From positions 1-31,753 of the IMG/VR virus record IMGVR_UViG_3300038336_000119: 31,753 nucleotides of DNA. One strand, written 5' to 3'. The DNA is from a virus. Lineage: Duplodnaviria > Caudoviricetes. A program made the position numbers and the translations under genes. Each line of letters opens with the position of its first letter. Position 1 is the stretch's first letter. The notes beneath the pieces are model-generated. The model was not told the DNA's origin. It saw only the letters and a program-made list of their open reading frames with translations, and searched no databases. Below, in pieces: positions 25,253-31,753 of this stretch.

Positions 25253-27373
25253 TCATCCAAAGATCGCGTCGCCCCGCTCGTCCCAGAGCATCCGTTCTGC
25301 CCGGTATTCGGGGGTCGACTGGTAAACGCTCAGCCAGCGCTGCTGTTCGGCGGTCAACCGCTCGCCCGCGCTCATCGCCCGCTCGAGCTGCAGCGCGCGG
25401 CGAAACCGCTCGCGCGGTTCTTCCTCGGCGACCTGTGCCGGTGCGGCGCGGTGTGCCGCCAGATCGGCGACGATCGCCGCCTGTGCGCGGTCCAGATCGG
25501 GTGCGGGCGCCGCGCGCGCCGACTTCGGCGCGGGTTTGGCAAAGACCGGCCGCACCACTTTGGCCTCTGGTTTCGGCAGATCGACGGGCGTCAACGCCGC
25601 CAGCCCCTCGCCGATTTCGGCGGCCTTGTATTTCCGGTGCGCGGCCAGCGCCGTCTTTTCGGCGGCGAGCCAGGCGTTGCGGGCCCGCGCATGCGCACGC
25701 GCCTCGTCCATGTCGAAGAACCCGGCTTTCACCAGACACGGCGCGTGGCCGAGATAAGCGTTGTCCTGGCTGTAAATGTGCAGCCCGTCGAAGAAGTTTG
25801 CCGGATCGAAGCGGATGATGACCCGCTGCCCCGCAACCTCATGCATCCACTCGGCCCAGAACTCGCTGCCCTGAAAGCGAATGCGCCCGCTGTTGCTCTC
25901 GGCGCGAAGGCCCTCGGCGCCCAGCAACCAAAGCCGCCGCTGCGCCTCGGTGGCCTTGCGGATCGGCGCGGTGGCATAGTTTTCGTCGAACACCTCGGCA
26001 AAACTGCGCCCCCAGGCCACTTCGGAGCGCCGCCCCTGCCGGGTGTTGTGCTCCTCGATCCCTTCCGCCAGCACTTCGAGAAACTGCTCGAGGTCGATGG
26101 CGCGGCTGCCATAGTTTTCGGGCTGCGCCTCGGGTCGGTTGCCGGTCCAGGCGCCCGCAAAGCGTGGATCCTTGGCAATCGCGGTGCACATGTCGCGAAA
26201 TGCCCGCTCGATCGGCTTCGACTGGCCCGCATAGGGCGTGGCCCAATGGATCTCGCAGCCGAGCGCCGTGAACAGGCCCGGAATATCCTCGTCGCGCACC
26301 TTGAAGCGGTAGCGCGTCGGGCTGCCGCCGGTGATCGCCTTGGCGGCGAATTCGCGGCCGTTGTCCAGAAGCACATGCTGCGGAATGCCCCAGTTCTCGA
26401 TCATGTCGCCCGCGCAAAGCAGCACCGCGGTCGCGTTCGGGGTCTGATCCACGCGCCAGGCAAGGATGCGGCCAGAGTAGATGTCCTGAAAGGCCACCAT
26501 TTGCGCGCGCCCGATCACTGGCTTTTCGCCGCGCGCGGCGGGCCAGCGCACGAAGACGTCGAACTTGTGGAAGTCGGCGTTGACCGCCTCGAGAACCGTC
26601 ATCGCGGTCTTGTCGCGCACCTGGGCGGGATACATTCGTTTCACGGCGTCAAGCCCCTTGCGCGCCAGCACCTGGCTGACCTGCGACACGGCCGCGTCGA
26701 GCCGCCGCCGCATCGTGCGCTCTGGCAGGATGTCCCAGCCTTCGGCGCGAGCTCGTTTGACCGAGCGGCGATAGCAATCGGTGAAGGGCGGCTGTTCAAG
26801 GCGCAGATAATCGCTCTTGATCAGTGCGAAAAACTCCGGGTTGCAGTCCTTCGCGCGCGGGCGCTCAGGTGCAGCTCTGTGGCGCGGCGCGAGGTATGGC
26901 AGGCGGTCGTCGGCACGCACGCCTTCGACCAGCGCCAGCCACGACCAGATGGTGCGCGCGCCAAGGCCTTCCAGACGGGCAACCTCGGTCACCGCGCTCT
27001 GGCGACCGATCGCAGGCTCGAGCACCTCGACCTTCTGCAAAATGCCCTGCCTGACACGCGCTTTTGCCTTCACCGCCTCGGGCAGTGCGTCGAGCCACTC
27101 CCAAGCCTCGTCGCGGCCCATACGCTCGGGCTCCTTGGGAGCGCGTTCAGACCGCATCAGCTGGTGGCGCGCACGCACCGGCAAGAGCTGCCAGCTGTAT
27201 TCCCAACCGCCGCCGCGGCCCGCGCGTCGGCGCGCGTGCACGGTGTCCTGTCGCCAGCCAGCCCGCTTGATCAGCGCCTCGACGCCCTGGCGGGTCGATG
27301 GCATGTCGGGGAGTGCTGCGGCGGCGATTTCTTCCGCGCTCCACCAGAGCCGATCGGGTGCGGTCGAGGTCAT
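25253..27373 (-). CDS. MuA-like DDE transposase
   Basis: N-terminal Mu-type HTH (..GRGGGWEY), NADFHKFD, LDNGREF and SKPIERAF catalytic motifs. Confidence 0.96.
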   Translation of the reverse strand: MTSTAPDRLWWSAEEIAAAALPDMPSTRQGVEALIKRAGWRQDTVHARRRAGRGGGWEYSWQLLPVRARHQLMRSERAPKEPERMGRDEAWEWLDALPEAVKAKARVRQGILQKVEVLEPAIGRQSAVTEVARLEGLGARTIWSWLALVEGVRADDRLPYLAPRHRAAPERPRAKDCNPEFFALIKSDYLRLEQPPFTDCYRRSVKRARAEGWDILPERTMRRRLDAAVSQVSQVLARKGLDAVKRMYPAQVRDKTAMTVLEAVNADFHKFDVFVRWPAARGEKPVIGRAQMVAFQDIYSGRILAWRVDQTPNATAVLLCAGDMIENWGIPQHVLLDNGREFAAKAITGGSPTRYRFKVRDEDIPGLFTALGCEIHWATPYAGQSKPIERAFRDMCTAIAKDPRFAGAWTGNRPEAQPENYGSRAIDLEQFLEVLAEGIEEHNTRQGRRSEVAWGRSFAEVFDENYATAPIRKATEAQRRLWLLGAEGLRAESNSGRIRFQGSEFWAEWMHEVAGQRVIIRFDPANFFDGLHIYSQDNAYLGHAPCLVKAGFFDMDEARAHARARNAWLAAEKTALAAHRKYKAAEIGEGLAALTPVDLPKPEAKVVRPVFAKPAPKSARAAPAPDLDRAQAAIVADLAAHRAAPAQVAEEEPRERFRRALQLERAMSAGERLTAEQQRWLSVYQSTPEYRAERMLWDERGDAIFG

Positions 27374-28212
27374 TCCTGGCCCTCCCCATGCGCCTGATCG
27401 ATCAATTCCTGCAGTTCGGCCCCAAAATGCCCGGCAAAGCGCCGTTTGGATGCCTTCGGCACACGGCCCCAGAGGGCAATCAGCGCCTTGAAACCGTCTT
27501 CGGCGGGATCCTTGACCGAAGGCGCGGCGCCGTTTTTCGCCGCCAGATAGGCCTTGCGCGCCGCGCTGGCTTTCCGCCCTTCCGCGAGCGCCTCGACAAC
27601 CGCGACGCGTTCATCGGGGTCGGCGATCTTGCCAAGCATCTGCAGGTCGGCAAGCGTCACCCTCTTTGGCGCGGCGCGCAGCTGGTCCGCCTCGTTGCGG
27701 CTGATCGACCGACCGGCGCGCGCGATCTTCCTCACCTGCCGCACCGTAATCGCCCGCTTTTCGGCGATGGTTTCAGCAAAGGAACTAAGTTCCGTTGCTA
27801 ACCCCTGCCGCGCCAAGCCCCCGGCGACACCCGCGCGCGTTTCGGGGTGCAAGTCGCCATAAGCCTCGCTGTACGCGGCCAGAAAGATCGCGTCATCAAC
27901 GGGCGTCATTCCCGCACCGGCAAGGTTCTGGCTCGCCTCGAGCGCTCGCGCCTCATCGTCGCGGCAGCTGATCGCCACAACCGGGATGATCGCTGCGCCC
28001 AACTCGGTCATCACCGCAAGGCGGTTCGCCCCGTCGACCAGCACGAACCCCTTGCGCGTCTTGCGTACCAGCACCGGCACGGTGAACCCAAACTCCGGGA
28101 TCACATGCCGCAGCACTGCCGTCGTCGCGGCCGATACAGGGCGCAGGCGATCAGCCGGTACGGTGATGTCCGCAATCGGCAGATCGGTCACGGAAGGGAT
28201 GATCTCCGTCAT
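27370..28212 (-). CDS. ParB N-terminal domain protein with HTH
   Basis: IADITVP.DRLR, PVLVR, LVDGANRL and EASQNL motifs, plus HTH TIAEKRAITVRQVRK. Confidence 0.88.
   Translation of the reverse strand: MTEIIPSVTDLPIADITVPADRLRPVSAATTAVLRHVIPEFGFTVPVLVRKTRKGFVLVDGANRLAVMTELGAAIIPVVAISCRDDEARALEASQNLAGAGMTPVDDAIFLAAYSEAYGDLHPETRAGVAGGLARQGLATELSSFAETIAEKRAITVRQVRKIARAGRSISRNEADQLRAAPKRVTLADLQMLGKIADPDERVAVVEALAEGRKASAARKAYLAAKNGAAPSVKDPAEDGFKALIALWGRVPKASKRRFAGHFGAELQELIDQAHGEGQE
27776..27798. promoter_or_regulatory. Intragenic palindrome GCAAaGGAACTAAGTTCCgTTGC (parS-like candidate)
   Basis: 11-bp arms with one mismatch around a central A, inside the parB-like gene. Confidence 0.55.
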
Positions 28213-28445
28213 TTGCTCGCCACCTCTGGCCCCTTCGTCATCAGATAGAAAAACCGCCGCCGACCAGCGATGATGCGCGCGGTGCAGATGATCTCGGCCC
28301 CATGCTCGCGCAGCTCAGCCACGCATGCGTTCACCGCCATCACCCGGCCGCGCCGCACGATGTCGCGCGTCGTGTGCGCCCGCCCGTCGCCGAGAACGGC
28401 CAGCACTCGCTGTAGGCGGGGTGATGTCAGGGGCGCGGCATGCAT
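28209..28445 (-). CDS. Small winged-helix protein
   Basis: RVLAVLGDG...TTRDI...VAELREHG.EI pattern. Confidence 0.75.
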   Translation of the reverse strand: MHAAPLTSPRLQRVLAVLGDGRAHTTRDIVRRGRVMAVNACVAELREHGAEIICTARIIAGRRRFFYLMTKGPEVASK

Positions 28446-28448
28446 GCG

Positions 28449-28691
28449 TCAGCTCCCGTAAACTACCGCGAAATACTCGCTGACTGGCTCGAGCGCGCCG
28501 GTATCGGCCATCACGCCGAGCACCGAGACCAGTTCGTCGACCGCCTCGACATAGGCCTGCGTGGCGGCATCGCGCATGGGCGAGCTCTCGCGCGCCCTCA
28601 TCAGCGGCGCCAAACGGCGCGCCTCGGCGAGCAACTCGTTGGCGCGCCGCCACTGCGCGATCGGCCCGTTATGGTGCATCGCTTCCCTCAT
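28449..28691 (-). CDS. Hypothetical helical protein, 80 aa
   Basis: ATG 28691 in an ATGA overlap, GAGG upstream. Confidence 0.65.
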   Translation of the reverse strand: MREAMHHNGPIAQWRRANELLAEARRLAPLMRARESSPMRDAATQAYVEAVDELVSVLGVMADTGALEPVSEYFAVVYGS

Positions 28692-28942
28692 GTCCGGCCC
28701 TCGAAGCCCGCCAGAACCGCGGCGATCGTGTTGAAATGCTCGCCATCCTCGAGTGCTGCGAGCAGTTCGAGGATCTCGTCGACCAGCGCGTCGTGGCTGG
28801 CCCAAAGATCGAAACTCTGGTCCTCGTCGTCGCTCGCATCGGCCGCTTTCGCCGCCAGGCGCGCCGCCGCAAGCTTGGCGCGCAGCGATATGACGATCTC
28901 GTACCCGGACCGCAGACCGGGTGCCGTGCCGCGGCAGCTCAT
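28688..28942 (-). CDS. Hypothetical acidic helical protein, 84 aa
   Basis: ATG 28942 in an ATGA overlap. Confidence 0.65.
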   Translation of the reverse strand: MSCRGTAPGLRSGYEIVISLRAKLAAARLAAKAADASDDEDQSFDLWASHDALVDEILELLAALEDGEHFNTIAAVLAGFEGRT

Positions 28943-29070
28943 TGCAGGATCCCCGCGCTGAAAAAGCCGATGTAGCCGATGATCATCAGGCACACCGCCC
29001 CGATCAGATCGCCCAGCCAGTGGTTGTCCAGCCAGCGCGCGCCTGCGATCAGTTTGCGCATCATGCTCAC
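28939..29070 (-). CDS. ~41-43 aa single-TM peptide (MRKLIAGARWLDNHWLGDLIGAVCL...)
   Basis: GTGA overlap at 29067-29070 (alternative ATG at 29064 or 29061). Hydrophobic C-terminal half. Confidence 0.65.
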   Translation of the reverse strand: MSMMRKLIAGARWLDNHWLGDLIGAVCLMIIGYIGFFSAGILQ

Positions 29071-29363
29071 GCCCTGCTCCCCGCTTTCGGCGCCTGGTGC
29101 GACCGCGCCGGAATGCGCTCGACCGGGGTTCCGGTCCGGCATTCCGGGCAGAGGCGGTTGTGGATGCCTGCCGATTGAAAACTCACGCCGCAGCACATGC
29201 AGGCCCGGCGCATCCGCCGCTCGGTAGTTTCGGCGAGGTCGGCAAGCTCTCCCATGCGCACCACCGCGAGGTCGCGGCTGCCATAGACCCCTGAAATCTG
29301 CCGCCCGTCTGGCCCGGCGACGATCCAGCCGCGCCCGTGGCGCTGCAGGTTGAATGTGGACAT
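29067..29363 (-). CDS. Zinc-finger-like early protein (CxxC...CxxC)
   Basis: RACMCCGVSFQSAGIHNRLCPEC. TAATG overlap with the cro-like gene, GGAGG RBS. Confidence 0.78.
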   Translation of the reverse strand: MSTFNLQRHGRGWIVAGPDGRQISGVYGSRDLAVVRMGELADLAETTERRMRRACMCCGVSFQSAGIHNRLCPECRTGTPVERIPARSHQAPKAGSRA

Positions 29364-29608
29364 TACGCGGCCTCCTTTGACTTACCCGACGGCGGCACGG
29401 CTCGCGGCCACTCCAGATCCGTCGGCCAGTGATCTCCGAACCAGCGAAACAGGCGCGCCGCAGTTGCTGTGCGGCAGTCGCCGCCATCCTTGAGCTTCTT
29501 GAAGAAGTCGCCCTTGCCGAGAGCTCGCATTGAGATCGCGAAGTGCGTGACACCCTGATGGGCGGCAAGCGTGTCGGCCAAGGTGATAAGGGCGTGTCGC
29601 TGGTCCAT
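29363..29608 (-). CDS. Cro/Ner-like small regulator
   Basis: Divergent from the repressor, HTH-like, ends KEAA. W.GDHWP.DLEWP tail. Confidence 0.82.
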   Translation of the reverse strand: MDQRHALITLADTLAAHQGVTHFAISMRALGKGDFFKKLKDGGDCRTATAARLFRWFGDHWPTDLEWPRAVPPSGKSKEAA

Positions 29609-29613
29609 ACCCA

Positions 29614-29690
29614 ACATTAGCCTGTAGTGGCGTTGTCGGTCAAGCCACTACAGGCTAACTATTTACCAATTAGCCGCTACAGGCTAACAT
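29614..29690. promoter_or_regulatory. Lysis/lysogeny switch: three operators GCC(A/G)CTACAGGCTAA and divergent promoters
   Basis: Copies at 29617-29631 (inverted), 29644-29658 and 29673-29687. TTGACC-18-TAATGT (minus) and TTTACC-17-TAACAT (plus). Confidence 0.88.
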
Positions 29691-29696
29691 CGCGCG

Positions 29697-30395
29697 ATGG
29701 ACCCGATTCTCGAAACCATCGACACCGCTCTTAAGCGCAAGGGGCTTACCGACGCTGCAGCGTCAAAGCTCGCTGTCGGGCATCCTTCATTGATCAAGAA
29801 CCTGCGAATGCCGCGGGCGGGCGAAAAGCGGTACAATTTCCCTGCGCTTGCCAAGCTCGCGGAGGTTCTCGACCTTGAGCTTTATTTCGGCCCTCGGCGC
29901 GAGGCCGACCCAATCGAGCAAGTGATCCTGAGCTCAAAGGCGTACGTGCCAATCGCGCTTCACGCCGCCGAACTTGCTGCAGGCGCCGGTGCCGAGAACG
30001 GTGACGCGGAGGTGATCGACTACCTCGTCTTCCGCCGTGATTGGTTACGAAAGATAGGTGTGCCAGCTGCCAGCGCTCGGCTTGCACGGGTGCGGGGCGA
30101 AAGCATGCTTCCCACCTTGTCCCCCGGCGACATGGTAATGATCGACACAGCACGAACCACTGTACCAGTCCGGCCGCGTCAACCGGAAAGACCGCTCCGA
30201 GCTGACCTCTACGCCGTTTTCGAGAGCGGCGGCGCAAGAGTGAAACGCATCGAACACTCAACCCCAGGCGAGCTTTGGCTCCACTCCGACAACTCAGCGC
30301 TGCGGTTGCCGCCGGAGCGGCGCACCGGCTTCGATGCCGAGCAGCTTGGGATCATTGGCAAGGTCGTTTGGTGGGGGCATACGGAAGACGTCTAG
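29697..30395 (+). CDS. CI-like repressor with S24 autopeptidase domain
   Basis: N-terminal HTH, AAGAG cleavage site, VRGESMLP (Ser), VKRI (Lys), SDN, IIGKVVW. Confidence 0.93.
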   Translation: MDPILETIDTALKRKGLTDAAASKLAVGHPSLIKNLRMPRAGEKRYNFPALAKLAEVLDLELYFGPRREADPIEQVILSSKAYVPIALHAAELAAGAGAENGDAEVIDYLVFRRDWLRKIGVPAASARLARVRGESMLPTLSPGDMVMIDTARTTVPVRPRQPERPLRADLYAVFESGGARVKRIEHSTPGELWLHSDNSALRLPPERRTGFDAEQLGIIGKVVWWGHTEDV

Positions 30396-30784
30396 CGTTC
30401 CGGTCTCCACCCAACGGGAACATCGACGCCTCGGAACGCAAGATAGAGATCGTTGCCGATATTGTTGCACGTGCCTACAGCCACGCCGTCCATGTCGATG
30501 TAGCTGAAAGTTGTCTCGTCAAGAACAAGAACGTCCTGCTCGGTAACGATGATGGTCTTTTCGCCGAGCCCAATTACTCGTGTGTTTTTGCCAGCTCCGC
30601 GAACCACATCCGCGCCTTCGGCATCCTCGCCGATCACAAGCAGACCGACCTCACCATCGAATTCGCAGGCAAGAATCCTGTTCCCAGACAAAAGTGCTGC
30701 GAGTTCGTCCGCGACATCGGCGCTCGAAGCGTTGCCAATCGACAACATAACAAGAAGCGCACTACAAATAGTCCTCTTTCGCAT
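30392..30784 (-). CDS. Putative secreted/periplasmic acidic protein (moron)
   Basis: MRKRTICSALLVMLSIGNASSA signal-peptide-like start. Stop overlaps the repressor stop (CTAG). Visibly more AT-rich. Confidence 0.68.
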   Translation of the reverse strand: MRKRTICSALLVMLSIGNASSADVADELAALLSGNRILACEFDGEVGLLVIGEDAEGADVVRGAGKNTRVIGLGEKTIIVTEQDVLVLDETTFSYIDMDGVAVGTCNNIGNDLYLAFRGVDVPVGWRPER

Positions 30785-30870
30785 CGGCATCCCGCAAATT
30801 AACTGAACTGCTGTCGGCAGCTTCGCACTCGCTCTCCGCTCAATGCAATCCCCTATTCGCGCCCGCACTT

Positions 30871-30929
30871 GTTCATGCTATGTTCCTCCGCGAAGCACCC
30901 TCCTAGAGGGTGTTGAACGCCCCATTGAA
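30871..30929 (+). promoter_or_regulatory. Alphaproteobacterial LexA-box-like sites
   Basis: GTTC-atgctat-GTTC (30871-30885) and GAAC-gcccatt-GAAC (30915-30929). Confidence 0.62.
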
Positions 30930-30946
30930 CAGGCCTTTTCGACCCG

Positions 30947-31753
30947 ATGAACACGCCCCTGGCTCCCGTCGATCCTATTGCCCCAGTCGCGCCCTGGCTT
31001 GGCGGCAAGCGCAACCTGGCGCGGCGCATCTGCGCCCGCCTCGATGCCACGCCCTGCAGCACCTATGCCGAGCCCTTCGTGGGCATGGGCGGCATCTTCC
31101 TGCGCCGCCAGGCGCGACCCCGCGCCGAGGTGATCAATGACCGCGGGCGCGACGTGGCGAACCTCTTTCGCATCCTACAACGCCATTATCCGCAGTTCCT
31201 CGAAACGCTGCGCTTCCAGCTGACCACCCGCGCCGAGTTTAACCGCCTGGTCGATACCAACCCGGAAACCCTGACTGATCTCGAGCGCGCCGCTCGCTTC
31301 CTCTACCTGCAGCGCACTGCTTTCGGCGGAAAGGTCTCGGGCCGCAATTTCGGCGTGGCGAAGGATCGCCCCGGCCGCTTCAACCTGACCACGCTCGAGC
31401 CGATGCTCGAAGACCTGCACACCCGCCTCGCGGGCGTAGTGATCGAGTGCCTGGACTGGTCCGATTTCATCACCCGCTACGACGGCCCCGGCACCCTCTT
31501 TTACCTCGACCCGCCCTATTGGGGCTGCGAGGATGACTATGGCAAGGCGATGTTCACCCGCGCCGACTTCGCCCGCATGGCCGACCAGCTGGCGGGCATC
31601 AAGGGCCGGTTCCTGCTCTCGATCAACGACGTCCCCGAGATCCGCGCGCTCTTCGGCCAGTTCGAGATCGAAGAGGTCAAGGTTAGCTACACCATCGGCG
31701 ACAAAGCCGACCGCGCGCCTATGCGGACGGAATTGCTGGTTTCTGCTCGTTGA
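30947..31753 (+). CDS. Dam-family (D12 class) DNA adenine methyltransferase
   Basis: PWLGGK, YAEPFVGMGG, EVIND, FYLDPPY, FLLSIND and ELLV motifs. Confidence 0.95.
   Translation: MNTPLAPVDPIAPVAPWLGGKRNLARRICARLDATPCSTYAEPFVGMGGIFLRRQARPRAEVINDRGRDVANLFRILQRHYPQFLETLRFQLTTRAEFNRLVDTNPETLTDLERAARFLYLQRTAFGGKVSGRNFGVAKDRPGRFNLTTLEPMLEDLHTRLAGVVIECLDWSDFITRYDGPGTLFYLDPPYWGCEDDYGKAMFTRADFARMADQLAGIKGRFLLSINDVPEIRALFGQFEIEEVKVSYTIGDKADRAPMRTELLVSAR

Larger units (their letters stand above)
1..31753 (-). mobile_element. Mu-like transposable prophage with siphovirus-type tail (partial; both ends outside window or not recognised)
   Basis: DDE transposase plus AAA ATPase pair, GemA, Mor/C, DUF935-type portal, MuF, gpG, gpI and gpT in Mu order. 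Tail tube, chaperone and tape measure present but no sheath gene. Confidence 0.97.

Noticed and set aside
24377-27397. 1006-aa plus-strand ORF
   Set aside because: Antisense shadow of MuA/MuB in high-GC DNA, with no recognisable motifs.
30853-30890. Minus-strand GGAGG-preceded mini-ORF MNKCGRE
   Set aside because: Only 7 codons, overlaps the LexA-like box, and has no other support.
30900-30945. Possible prophage terminus (TG... at 30911)
   Set aside because: No repeated transposase-binding sites were recognised, and the Dam-like gene beyond it is phage-type, so the end probably lies outside the window.
1-31753. CRISPR array, diversity-generating retroelement, invertible tail segment, tail sheath
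   Set aside because: No spaced repeats, reverse transcriptase, invertase or sheath gene seen in this window.

Overview
The whole window is most of a high-GC, Mu-like (transposable) prophage with a non-contractile (sipho-type) tail, probably from an alphaproteobacterium (Rhodobacteraceae-like gene content, alpha-type LexA boxes). Nearly all genes are on the minus strand. From right to left they are: a cro-like gene, small early genes, a ParB-family gene, MuA transposase, MuB ATPase, regulators (DUF3164, GemA, MT-A70 methylase, Mor/C activator), lysis, terminase, portal, MuF, gpG, protease/scaffold, capsid, neck, tail tube, frameshifted chaperones, tape measure and tail tip (runs off the left edge). 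An S24-type repressor and a Dam-family methylase are on the plus strand at the right. Neither phage end is visible. Family names come from recognised motifs and synteny, not database searches. Highlights: (1) MuF carries a C-terminal putative BECR-type RNase extension and is followed, instead of by an immunity ORF, by a ~91-nt cloverleaf RNA with complementary kissing loops, a candidate RNA-antitoxin/tRNA-mimic system. (2) A parS-like palindrome lies inside the parB gene. (3) Two late promoters share an identical architecture. (4) LexA-like boxes precede the Dam gene. (5) Helically phased TTnAA tracts occur at three loci.
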